Assembly (NCBI RefSeq): GCF_963921235.1
Contig: NC_086097.1
Span: 97,156,001 to 97,220,000 of the forward strand
From: Mobula hypostoma
Taxonomy: Eukaryota
Length of the DNA stretch: 64,000 nucleotides
Reading direction: 5' to 3'
Below the pieces are notes generated by a model. That model had not been told where the DNA came from, did no database searches, and worked only from the letters and a program-made list of their open reading frames with translations. Positions 39,155 to 51,446 of this stretch are shown here, piece by piece. Position numbers and translations under genes: made by a program. Positions within the stretch are counted from its first letter, which is position 1, and each line of letters starts with the position of its first letter.

Positions 39155-39634
39155 GTAGAGTAATAAATGAGACGAAACCGGGCCCCGATAACGATGACGT
39201 ATATCTCACGATCTGAGAAACAGAACAAGACAAACGACTATTTTGTTCCTGTGTTATGGAACGAAATAGATTTCGATACATTGAAACAATACTCAAATCA
39301 AAACATGTTTATCATTTCATTCAAGTAGATTTTGGTCTACTTTGTAATTATTTATGAAAACGAACTGGTAAACATTAGGCTACACAGTAGTATTCAATTA
39401 ACGTTAATTTTGGAAAGTTCAGTATCCTTGAACAAGCGAGTAAATGGTGATTGCGTTGTTTACCGGACCTCGTTGTTTTTAAAATGTCTTCAATATCTTC
39501 ACTTTGCTACATGATTCATGAAACAAGAAGGTCACATTGAACATTGTACATTGTACAGAGTTAACTTGAGCTTGGCCAGCTACACACCGCCTTTCTACAA
39601 ATGTCAGGCACGACATACCGGTAACTGAAGTCTG

Positions 39635-40920
39635 AGGTACAGTCGACGTTTCGGGCCGAGACCCTTCGTCAGGACTAACTGAAAGAAGAGATAGTAAGAG
39701 ATTTGAAAGTGGGAGGGGGAGGGGTAGATCCGAAATGATAGGAGAAGACAGGAGGGAGAGGGATGGAGCCAAGAGCTGGACAGTTGATTGGCAAAAGGGA
39801 TACGAGAGGATCATGGGACAGGAGGCCCAGGGAGAAGGAAAAGGGGGAGGGGGGAATCCAGAGGATGGGCAAGGGGTATAGTGAGAGGGACAGAGGCAGA
39901 AGAAGCAGAGAGAAAAAGAATGTGTGTATTTAAATAAATAAACAAACAAACAAATAAATAAATAACGGATGGGATACGAAGGGGAGGTGGGGCATTAGCG
40001 AAAGTTTGAGAAGTCAACGTTCATGCCATCAGGTTGGAGGCTACCCAGACGGAATATAAGGTGTTGTTCCTCCAACCTGAGTGTGGCTTCATGTTGACAG
40101 TAGAGGAGGCCGTGGATAGACATATCAGAATGGGAATGGGACGTGGAATTAAAATGTGCGGCCACTGGGAGATCCTGCTTTCTCTGGCAGACAGAGCGTA
40201 GGTGTTTAGCGAAACGGTCTCCCAGTCTGCGTCGGGTCTCGCCAATATATAGAAGGCCTCATCGGGAGCACCGGACGCAGTACATCACACCAGCCGATTC
40301 ACAGGTGAAGTGTCGCCTCACCTGGAAGGACTGTCTGGGGCCCTGAATGGTGGCGAGGGAGGAAGTGTAAGGGCATGTGGAGCACTTGTTCCGCTTACAA
40401 GGATAAGTTCCGGGAGGGAGTTCGGTGGGAAGGGATGGGGGGACGAAAGGACAAGGGAGTCGCGTAGGGAGCGATCCCTGCGGAAAGGAGATAGAGCGGG
40501 GGAGAGAAAGATGTGCTTAGTGGTGGGATCCCGTTGGAGGTGGCGGAAGTTACGGAGAATAATATGTTGGACCCGGAGGCTGGTGGGGTGGTAGGTGAGG
40601 ACCAGGGGAACCCTATTCCTAGTGGGGTGGCGGGAGGATGGAGTGAGGGCAGACGTGCGTGAAATTGCAGAGATGCGTTTGAGAGCAGAGTTGATGGTGG
40701 AGGAACGGAAGCCCCTTTCTTTAAAAAAGGACATCTCCTTCGTCCTGGAATGAAAAGCTTCATCCTGAGAGCAGGTGCGGCGGAGACGGAGGAATTGTGA
40801 GAACGGGATGGCATTTTTGCAAGAGACAGGGTGGGAAGAGGAATAGTCCAGGTAGCTGTGAGAGTCCGTAGGCTTATAGTAGACATCAGTAGATAAGCTG
40901 TCTCCAGAGATAGAGACAGA
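39635..40920 (-). mobile_element. Penelope-like element, 5'-truncated (RT C-terminus, GIY-YIG and tail)
   Basis: STDVYYKPTDSHSYLDYSSSHP..FLRLRR; RVPLVLTYHP; VMYCVRCSR..GLLYIGETRRRLGDRF; HHR motif at 39641-39676. Confidence 0.93.
39641..39676 (-). ncRNA. Minimal type I hammerhead ribozyme motif
   Basis: Reverse complement AGTCCTGACGAAGGGTCTCGGCCCGAAACGTCGACT, identical to 30047-30082. Confidence 0.75.
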
Positions 40921-41532
40921 AACTATTCCAAAAACGACATGAATGAAAGCAATTTTACACAGTCAGTGGCCCGAGTCCGGAATGCACTGCCGGGGGAAGC
41001 AGTGAATGCAGGTTAAACTGTGGTGTTCAAAGGGGGATTGGGAAAGTATATCTGAAAGCACGGTTATTAGGCGAATCCGAGGAAGTGGAGCTTTCTGGAT
41101 CAGCCTACATCTAGCAGACACGAACTCAACGAGCCAAATGACTCCTGTGCCCTTATCATACTGCGATTCTGATCTTAATCATTCGTCCCACCTTCCCTGC
41201 AGTACCTGCATTCACTGATCTTAAAGTTCCAAGTTCAAGTTTATTGTTACGGGTATACATACCCAGAGTATAAATGACGTGGAATTAGGTTTTCGCAGCA
41301 GCGTCACAGTACGTTGCAAACATCGCAAACATAAATTAACAGAAACTGAAAATGCATGCCTAACACGAAAGTAAATACAAACAAACATGAACGCATCAGT
41401 GTAAGTTAAGGGAGAAAGAAAATAAAGAAATACAGTCCGAGATAGTGTTAGGGTTTTTGCAGGTAGTTTCAGTAACCTGGTGGCAGTGGGAACTATTGTT
41501 TAACGCTGAAGTGTGGGTCTTTAGGCTCCTTT

Positions 41533-43323
41533 TGTCATGGTCCGGATCGGGATCCCTTTACATATACCTTGTTTATGTTACGATCCGGACCGTTGATTCC
41601 CTGTTTTCCCGTGTCCCTCGACTTTGGTGATTAGAGGCAATTAACGCTCGGCTGAACCGGTAGTTTACAGTCTCCGGCTTTCAGCCGTTCGGCGCGGGAG
41701 AGTCTGCAAAGTCACTAAGGGTACAGCGTGCCAATGTCAGCTGGCCGGACCAAGCCTAGTCTCTGCCGGAAGCGAGTGCCTGTAATTCTCCTTTCCTCAC
41801 GGGAGCAAGCCTGTCAAGTTACCTCGCCAAAGCGAGCCTGCTAAGTTTCCTCACCGAGGTGGGTCCGTCAGTTAACCCGCCGGAGGGAATCAAGAACTGC
41901 TGTCTACTGTTCCCGGGCCGAGTCGAGAGCTCGCCACTACCCGGAGGCTCCAAGTCAAGTCCTGGCCCTAGCGGCATTCAAGTACAAAGTCAAGTCCTAT
42001 CCTGGCGGCATTCTAGCACCAAATCAAGTCCTATCCATGGTGGCATTCTAGCACCAAGACAAGTCCTGTCCCTGGTGGCATTCTAGCACCAAGTCAAGTC
42101 CTGACCCTGGCGGCAATCTAGCACCAAGTCAAGTCCTGGTCCTGGTGGCATTCTAGCACCAAGTCAAGTCTTGTCCCTGGCGGCATTCTAGCACCAAATC
42201 AAGTCCTATCACTGGTGGCATTCTAGCACCAAGACAAGTCCTGGCCCTGGCGGCATTCTAGCACCAAGTCAAGTCCTGGTCCTGGTGGCATTCTAGCACC
42301 AAGTCAAGTCCTGTCCCTGGCGGCATTCTAGCACCAAATCAAGTCCTATCCCTGGTGGCATTCTAGCACCAAGTCAAGTCCTGGCCCTGGCGGCAATCTA
42401 GCACCAAGTCAAGTCCTGGTCCTGGCGGTATTCTAGCACCAAGTCAAGTCTTGTCCCTGGCGGCATTCTAGCACCAAGTCAAGTCCTGGCCCTGGTGGCT
42501 TCCCAGTTCTGAGTCAAGTCCTCGCCCTGGCGGTCTGTGATTCGTGTCCTACCCCCTTGTCTGAATCCCTTCTCTGCCTCTCTCGCCTCTAACCCTCGTC
42601 TGCAGCCCCCGCCTGCACTTTGGTCTAGTTCCATCGCTGGAGCTACATAGGTTCTGTCTGGTGTTCATTCGTGTTGGTCTTGTCTTGTCCTGTCCTCGCC
42701 TCCATGGGGTAAGACAGGCCGTCTTGCCGTTGCTCAGCGGGGGGTCATGTTTTGTCTTGTCTGATCCTCGCCTCCGTGGGGTAAGTCAGGCCATCTTGCC
42801 ATTGCGCCGCGGAGGGTCATGAGTCCCGGCCCTATGTCCTGTACCCAAGGAGGGGTCCCGGCTGTCTGTTCTGTGTGTGAGTCCTGGCCCTATGTCCTGT
42901 ACCCAAGGAGGGGTCCCGGCTCTCTATTCTGTGTATGTGTCCATGGTTCCATGCACCTGCTCTCCTGAGACCGAGGCTCTGTGTTCCCATGTTCCTCCTC
43001 TCCCTCGCCCATGCAATGTCCATGCCTGGTTCTGGGGTCCGAGCCGGAGGCAAGACCCAGGTACTGGGTCCTTGCCCAGTCTCTGGCTCGGAGTCCATAC
43101 CCTAGCATCTTCATGTCTCCTCTAGTTCTGGGAGCCGATTCCGAGTCCTAGCCCAGACCCTTGGTCCCAGCCTAGTCGTAATCCTCAGTCCTTGTCCAGT
43201 TCGCTATTCCTACTCCTGCCTTGCTCTCCTGGTTTCGAACAATAAACTAAATTTGAGTAACCTCACAAGATGTGTCTTGCATTTGGGTCCACCCTTGCTC
43301 CCAATGCCCCCGCCATTGTGACA
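41533..43323 (+). mobile_element. Solo LTR (family II) with expanded 35-bp array, inside a Rex1-like 3' fragment
   Basis: TGTCA..TGACA termini; flanks CCTTT/GCTTT; AATAAA near 43240; homologous to 44020-45390. Confidence 0.88.
41952..42500 (+). repeat. 35-bp tandem repeat, about 15-16 copies
   Basis: Unit CAAGTCAAGTCCTGGCCCTGGCGGCATTCTAGCAC; CTAGCACC recurs every 35 bp from 42013 to 42468. Confidence 0.95.
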
Positions 43324-43559
43324 GCTTTACTTTCTGCTTGATGGCAGTGACAAGAAGAGGGCATAACCTCGCTGATAGGGGTCCTTATTGTTGTCCAGAG
43401 GCTTAGTCCAGAATGCACTCAACTGAGTCCTGTGTAGCAGACTACTAAACAGCTGGAACACTTCAATTTGTTGAAAGAACCACATGACATCTTCCTGGCC
43501 AAGCTTTCTAAGAAAGGTATAAATTAACGTATCTGCATCCATTGCACCGTCTGACAAAT

Positions 43560-46500
43560 CCATTGTCTTCGTCTCTCTATTGACTCCTTTCTTTTTGGCC
43601 TTCCATTCACCAACCTGGGTTTCGTCTTTGCATCTACTTTTACAACCAGCTTTTTGTCCTCCACTCGAAGATCATGCAATAACCTTAACACACTCAGGGT
43701 AGATTCTGTTTTTTCATACTTTCAAAAGCCGACTTCCTGCAACTTTCCTGCTGTCTCAACTAGAGTTCATTTAAAAAAAAGAAACTGTTTTTTAAATTTT
43801 TTGTTAGTATATAGATTGTATCTTCTCTGTGTAACCTCATGGGCATGCAGTGTGTCTTGCATTGCTTTCCTTTTATGTCTAATTGTTTGTCTTTAGACTA
43901 ACTCTAGATTGTCAACACATACCTCCGTCACCTGACATAACTCATTCCCTAACAGGAGATCCAACACTGCCCCTTCTCTAGTTGGTACCTCTATGTATTG
44001 CTGCAGAAAACTATCCTGCTGTCACAATGGCGGGGCATTGGGAGCAAGGGTGGACCCAAATGCAAGACACATCTTGTGAGGTTACTGAGATTTAGTTTAT
44101 TGTTCGATACCAGGAGAGCAAGGCAGGAGCAGGAGTAGCCAATGGACAAGGACTCAGGACTACGACTAGGCTGGGACCAAGGGTCTGGGCTTGGTCTCGG
44201 AATCGGCTCCCAGAACTAGCGGAGACATGAAGAGGCTAGGGTATGGACTCCGAGCCCGAGACTGGACAAGGACCTGGGCTAGGGAGAGGAAATCATGGGA
44301 ACACATAGCCTCGATTTTGGGGAGCAGGTACATAGAAGCATGGACACATACACAGAACACAGAGTCGGGACCCCTCCTTGGGTACAGGACATAGGGCCGG
44401 GACTCACACACAGAACAGAGAGCCAGGACCCCTCCTTGGGTACAGGACATAGGGCCGGGACTCATGACCCTCCACAGGGCAACGGCAAGACGGCCTGACT
44501 TACCCCACGGAGGCGAAGACAAGACAGAACATGAACCCCCGCGGGGCAACGTCAATTCGGCCTGACCTACCCCACGGAGGCGAGGACAAGACATGACATG
44601 ACCCCCGTGGGGCAACGGAAAGACAGTCTGACTTACCCCACGGAGGCGAGGACAAGACAAGAAAAGACCAACACAAATGAACACCAGAGAGTACCTATCT
44701 AGCTCCAGTGATGGAACTAGACTGAAGTGCAGGCAGGGGCTGCAGACGAGGGTTAGAGGCGAGAGAGGCAGAGAAGGGATTCAAACAGGGGGTTAGGACA
44801 GGAATCACAGACCACCAGGGCCAAGACTTGACTCAGAAATGACAAGCCGCCAGGGCCAGGACTTGACTTGGTGCTGGAATGCCGGCAGGGCCAGGACTTA
44901 ATTTGGTGCTGGAATGCCGCCAGGTACAGGAGTAGACTTGGTGCTTGAATGCAGCCAGGGCCAGGACTTGACTTGGAACCTCCGGGTAGTGGCGAGTTCT
45001 CGACTCGGCCCGGGAACATTAGACAGCGGTTCATGATTCCCTCCGGCGGGTTAACTGACGGACCCACCTCGGTGAGGAAACTTCGCAGGCTCACTTTGGC
45101 GAGGTAACTGGACAGGGTTGCTCCGGTGAGGAGAGGCGAATTACCGGCACTCGCTTCGGCAGAGACTAGGCTTACTCTGGCCAGATGACATCGGCACACC
45201 GTATCTGGGATTACTTTGCAGACGCTCCCACGCCGAACGGCTGAAAGCCGGAGACTATAAACTACCGGTTCAGCCGAGTGTTAATTGCCTCTAATCACCA
45301 AAGTCCAGGGACACGGGAAAACAGGGAATCAGCGGTCCGGATCGTAATAAACAAGGTATATTTAAAGGGACCCCGATCCGAACCGTGACACCTGCACACA
45401 TTTTACAAACTCCAAACCATCCAGCCCTTTTACAGTATGGGCTTCCCAGTCTATGTGTGGAAAATTTAAATCTCCCACAATCACAACCTTGTGCTTACTA
45501 CAAATATCTGCTATCTCCTTACAAATTTGCTCCTCCAATTCTCGCTCCCCATTAGGTGGTCTATAATACACCCCTATAAGTGTTACTACACCTTTCCCAT
45601 TCCTCAATTCCACCCAAATAGCCTCCCTAGACGTGCCCTCTGATCTATCCTGCCAGAGCACCGCTGTAATATTTTCAAAGCAACACCTCCCCCTCTTGTC
45701 CTTCCGATTCTATCACACCTGAAGCAACGAAATCCAGGAATATTTAGTTGCCAATCACACCCCTCCTGCAACCGTGTTTCACTAATAGCTACAACATCAT
45801 ACTTCCAGATATCAATCCATGCTCTGAGCTCATCCACATTTCTTACAATGCTCCTAGCATTAAAATAAATGCAATTAAGAAATTTTCCACCTCTTACTCT
45901 CTGTTTATCACCAACAACTTTACTATCTCCTTTTTCTTCCTTCTCCCGTACATCTATTCCTACACTCTGGTTCCCCTCCCCCCTTGTATCTAGTTTAAAT
46001 CCACTGGAGCCTCTCCAGTAAACCTACCTGCGAGAGTATTTGTCCCCCTCCAGTTCAGATGTAAACCGTCCCGCCGGAACAGGTCCCACCTTCCCTGGAA
46101 AACTGCCCAATTATTTATAAATCTGAAGCCCTCCCTCCTGCACCATGTCTTCAGTCACGTGTTGATCTGCGCTATCTTACCATTTCTAAACCCGCCTGCA
46201 CATGGCACTGGTAGCAATCCTGAGATTGCTATCCTGGAGGTCCTGTCCTTTAACTTGGCGCCTAAATCCCTGAACTCACCTTTCAGGACCTCCTCACTCT
46301 CCCTACCCACGTCATTGGTCCCTACATAGACCACGACATCTGGCTGCTCACCCTCCCTCTTGAGAATACCGAGAACTCGATCCGAGATATCACGGACCTT
46401 GGCACCAGGGAGGCAACAGACCATCCGGGATTCTCGATCTTATCTGTCCCCCTAACTATCGAATCGCCTATCACTGCTGCTCTTCTCTTTTTATCACTAC
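43560..46500 (-). mobile_element. CR1 LINE 5' part (ORF1 SGNH-esterase-like and ORF2 endonuclease), split by a solo LTR
   Basis: VIGDSIVRGTD..CLPGAKVRDI..VGTNDVG; DVVAISET..IGVYYRPPN..VGDLNFPHIDW..FVKCVQ | DSFLQQYIEVPTREGAVLDLLLGN. Confidence 0.92.
44020..45390 (-). mobile_element. Solo LTR (family II)
   Basis: TGTCA..TGACA termini; perfect TSD CCTGC (44015-44019 / 45391-45395); only about 3-4 units of the 35-mer. Confidence 0.92.
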
Positions 46501-46509
46501 TGCTCTCCA

Positions 46510-48450
46510 TGCAGTCAATATATTTTTGTTTGCTCCACGTGCTCTTTGTATGTGACCTGCTTAGTTGCATTTTCTGCAAGTTTGGCATTTAAATTCTGCA
46601 TGTATTTGGTGTATGTGAGCCCATTCCATAACGACATCACAATTTGTTTCAGTTTAGATACTGCAGTTTTATTCACGCTCTCTTTCATTTGTGTCTGCAA
46701 CTTAATTGCATCTCTGTGGTTTTCATTAAAACAACGATTTCAACTGCTCTAAGTTGTGCTTCAGTTAGGAGCAGTTTTTGAATGCTTTCTTTTAAGATTC
46801 TACAAACTAAATGAACTGTCGGTGCATCATTAGGACCATTACTGATTGGCATTATTCAGGAAATCTTTTCAATTTAGTACGTACATTGAAATCGACTTAC
46901 CTTCGTTTTGATTACATTTATGAAACCAAAATTGTTCTACAAGCAACAATGGGTTGGTTTTAAATATCCCTGCATCACTTTGACAATATCAGCAAAGCTA
47001 ATTTCTGCTGGTTTGGCTGAAGTAGTCAAACTTCTAAGCAAACTGTATGCCTTCGAACCCAATAAACTCAGAGAAATAAGTACTCTTTTTTCATTAGCTA
47101 TCTCACTTGCTTCAACGTCAAGATGGCGCTGAACAGTGATTCCTTTGCTTGCATCTTCGGAAACCTCCATTTCTATCTTTAATGTCCCTTTTTTCTCTCT
47201 TTTCAATATTCTTTTGAAGCCCTGAACTAGAGCTACGCTCTGACTTCGGTTCTTTGCGTGAATGGGACCCGCTGTCAGGGCCTCACAACCAGCTGCTTTT
47301 TGATATCCCAAGGACGCGGCCTACAAGACTAGGACACCTTCAGGCTGCCGGATTCCCGTGGCTCTGGAGACGTGCTGAATCAAGGCCGGTTCCCTGACTG
47401 AGGCATCGCAGGAGAACACGGAACATCAGGAGCAGCGGGTTAGCTGCCAGCTGTGTGTCCAGAGACCCGAGCTTTGCCGGGGTCAATTATCTGGGGGTAG
47501 AGCTCAGAAAAATTGATGTAATAGGCTTATAACATAATAAATCAGCAAGTTGTTTATAATGTCGTTCCTCACGCTGTGAAATGGGGACATCTCTTTTTCC
47601 CTTATTAGGGAGAGAGAGAGCGCCTGCGGTATGTCGAATACCGGGTGAATGAGTAGTCTTTGGGGTACTGCAAGTCTGCGTCTTCAGTGATGCTTTCCTG
47701 CATGATTGTGTGCCTGTGGAGTGCACCGATGCTTTTTTGAAGATGGGGGAGGGGAGGTCATTGCCTTGCTTCTACTTGTGCGTGGGAAGGGGTACTAGGG
47801 GGACCTCGGGGTTCTGACATTTAACTGTCAGCCATTCTTTGGGGCACCTCTCAGTTTTCATGGATGCTTCAAAAAAAAAGATTTTCAGGATCTATATTGT
47901 TTACATTTCTCTGACATTAACTGTACCTATTGAACCTATATTGTTGAATTAGCTCAACATACATAAGCTAGTTACCCATTGTGTAATCAAACATGTCTAT
48001 CTTTCCAATGTAGCTATCCATTTCTGCTCATTTTTTTATGATTATAATCAGCCAGTACTCGCTCCTTATGAACTCGTAAATTCTTCCATTTCCTGGCTTT
48101 TCTTGATGTACTAAATCTTAAATAAGTGCGGCGCTGCTTTTATTTTCTTGACTGTCTCTTCACGTGCTGAGCTGTTATTTTTTAAATTCGACCTTACCTT
48201 GCTGCGTTTTTTTTTCAGTTCGAACTTCTCGCTGCGCTTCAACAGGTCAATAGCCATCTCAGGTTCGTTTTAGAAAATACCTCCTCGCCAGTATTATGTT
48301 TTGTAACTTCGACATTAAACTAATTCACAGGAAGACAATGGAGTCCGGGAAGTCGGGTCTAACTTCGTATTTACTTTAAGCAAGGCTTGCATGTGTCACG
48401 TGGTAGCGTGATGACATGTGCAATTCATGTATTTACAGGTATAACCCGTC
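46510..48450 (-). mobile_element. Gypsy (Mag-like) 5' remnant: LTR, PBS and degenerate gag
   Basis: TGGCGAGGAG PBS-like motif at 48290-48281; YIGKIDMFD..; EIANEKRVLISLSLLGSKAYSLLRSL..KPAEISFADIVKVM. Confidence 0.7.
47117..47940 (+). mobile_element. Non-coding, non-autonomous LINE-derived element (~820 bp)
   Basis: Starts CAAGATGGCG and ends CTGACATTAACTGTACCTATTGA; homologous copies at 53417-53655 (+) and 56120-58458 (-). Confidence 0.7.
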
Positions 48451-48454
48451 ATAG

Positions 48455-51446
48455 AATTGAATTGAATTGACATCATTACTTACATCCTTCATATACATGA
48501 GGCATAAAAATCTTTACATTACATCTCTGTTCAAATGTGCAATCTGCAATTATAGTAATTTATAATAAATATTATGTACAACAGGACAGTCAACATAACA
48601 TAGAAATACAATCGTATCAGCTTGAATTAATCAGTCTGATGGCGTGGTTGTAGAAGCGGTCCCGGAGCCTGTTGGTCCTGGCTTTCATGTTGCGCTACTG
48701 TTTCTCGGATGGTAGCTGCTGGAACAGATTGTGGTTGGGGTGACTTGGGTCTCCAATGATCCTTCGGGCCCTTTTTACACACCTGTCTTTGCAAATGTCC
48801 TGAATAGTGGGAAGTTCACATCTACAGATGTGTTGGACTGTCCGCACCACTCTCTGCAGAGTACTGCAATTGAGGGAAGTACACTTCCCGTACCAGGCGG
48901 TGATTCAGCCAGTCAGGATGCTGTCACTTGTGCCCGTGTAGAAAGTTCTTAGAATTTGGTGGGTCATACCAAACTTCTTCAACTGTCTGAGGTCAAAGAG
49001 GTGCTATTGTGCCTTTTTCACCACACAGTCAATATGTACGGACCATGTGGGAGCCTCAGTGATGTTTATGCTGAGGAATTTAAAGCTGTTCATCCTCTCA
49101 ACCCCATATCCATTGATGTCAACAGAGATGAGCCTGTCTCCATTCTTCCTGTAGCCCACAACGAGCTCCTTTGTTTTTTGCGACGTTGAGGGAGAGGTTG
49201 CTTTCTTGACACCAGGGTGATGACTTCCTCTCTGTAGGCTGCCTCGTTATTATTTGAGATTAGGCCGATCAGTGTAGTGTCGTGAGCAAATTTAATTAAT
49301 AGATTGGAGCCGTGGATGGCAACACAGTTATGGGTATACAGAGAGCAAATGAGGGGGCTTAGGACACAGCCCTGAGGGGCTCCTGTGTTGCAGGTTAAAA
49401 GGGCAGAGGTGAGGGAGCTGACTCTTACCATCTGCTGGCGATCTGACAGCAAGTCCAAGATCCAGCTACACAAGACAGGGTCAAGGCTGAGGTCTCTGAG
49501 CTTCTTGTCGAGCCTGGAGGGAATTATGGTGTTGAATACTGAACTGTAGTCCAAGAACAGTATTCTCACATAAGCATTCCTCTTCTCCAGATGTGTAAGG
49601 ACAGTGTGTAGAGCTGTGGCTATTGCGTCATCTGTCGATCAGTTGTGTCGGTAGGTGAATTGTAGGGGGTCCAGTGTGGGTGGTAGCATGCTGCAGATGT
49701 AGTCCTTGGCCAGCGTCTCAAAGCATTTGCTTATTACTGAGGTGAATGCGACAGGACGCCAGTCGTTCAGACATATTACCCTGGTCTGTTTAGGCACTGG
49801 GACAATGATGGATGTTTTCAAGCAGGAGAGCACTCTACACTGGAAGAGGGAGAGATTTAAAATGTCTGTAAACACACCTGCCAGTTGTGTCGCGCACATC
49901 CTGACTACTCGCCTTGCGATGCTGTCCGGTCCCGCAGCCTTGTAACTGTCCACCCATTGGAAACACCTGCGTACTTCGGCTTCCGAGATGACCAAGCTGC
50001 CCGTCGCATCATCTGCAGGTCTCCTCAGGGGGCTCAGTATTGGCGACATCGAACCAGGCAAAAAAAGATTTAGCTCGTCTGCGATGGTGTGCAGACATTG
50101 CCATAAACTGCGTGTGTCGTTGGTGGAGAGTTGTGTCTGAATCTTGTATCTGTATTGTTGTTTCGCTGCCTTGATGACTTTGCGCAGATCGTAGCTGCAT
50201 TTCTTGAGTTACCGGCAGTGGAAGCTCTATCTCGTACAGTAAATGCTGCTCGCACAGAACTGCTGATCCGGGGTTTCTGATTTGGAAAGACTCTAACCGA
50301 TTTCTGGAAGCCAACATCCTCGACGAAACTCATGACCCCATCCGTGATCTCGGAGACATCCGCATCACGAAAGACATTCCAGTCGATGTCATCAAAGCAG
50401 TCCTGCAGCATAGTGGCCGATTGGCCGGACCAACAGTGGTCAGTTTTAACTATGGCCGCCTCTTGTTTCAGCTTCTGCCTGTACTTTGGCACCAATAAAT
50501 GGAGGAGTGAACTGATTTCCGAAATGGAGGGTGAAAGAACGCTTCGTAAGCGTTGCGGAAGGTACAGCAATAGTGATTGAGTAAGCTATCTCCCCGTCTA
50601 ATCACCTGGATGTGTTGGCAAAACTTCAGAGAGACTTCAGTCAGCGACGCACTAATAAACTCACCGGCGGCGATGAAGGCAGCCTCTGGGTGTGCAGTCT
50701 CCAGGGTGTTGATGGTCTCGTACAGTTCCTTGACAGCCAGGTCAGTATCAGCCTGCTGTGCCATATACACAGCTGTGATAATAACAGCCAAGAGCTCCCT
50801 AGGCAGCCAGAAAGGTCTACACAGCAACAGCAGATCCGGGGAACAAAAGGATTTGAGGACATGCACGTTCTGGGGGTCACACCAGGCATTATTGACCATG
50901 AAACATACCCCACCTCCTTTACTATTCTCTGCGAGGTTTTTACACCTGACTGCCCAGAACAGAGAGAACCCAGAGGACTCGGTGGCATGATACGGTATCT
51001 CCTCCATCAGCCAGATCTCCATGAAGCACAAAGTGTTGCATTCCTTTGTTTCCCGCTGGTAGGAGATTCTGGCTCTCAGTTCGCACAGCTTATTGTCCAG
51101 GGATGAATGTTAGCTAGGAGTATGCTAGGGAGCAGCGGCAGATTAGCACGCCGTCTCAACCGCACCAGCACGCTGGCCCTTCTCCCTCGCCTCCGGCGCT
51201 GCTTCCGAGGTAGCGGTGGTGTAGTAGGCGAGTCTCCATTGATTGCGCAAGCAGGGAATCCCAGTGTAGAAAAGGTGGCACGTAGTGGATAAATGCCGTC
51301 TTCCCGATGTTCAGGAGAGCCAGTCTGTCATACCTGTGACTATCAGCGGCTTGAACGAGAAATGCGAAGGAAATCGCAGAAATCAAAAGTCTACTGTAAA
51401 GTTGGAACAGCTCGCAACACGGCCGCCATGCACGGCGCCATCTTAT
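48455..51446 (-). mobile_element. Near full-length degenerate Rex1/Babar LINE
   Basis: 5' AAGATGGCG; endonuclease (CFMEIWL..GGGVCFMVN..CRPFWLPRE); RT (KAAGPDSI..NDWRPVA..DPLQF; FLDYSSVFNTI..GAPQGCVLSP..KFAHDT); (CAATT)n tail. Confidence 0.93.

Noticed and set aside
41952..42500. CRISPR-like array (35-bp periodicity)
   Set aside because: Units are contiguous with no unique spacers, lie inside an LTR, and the context is eukaryotic with no cas genes
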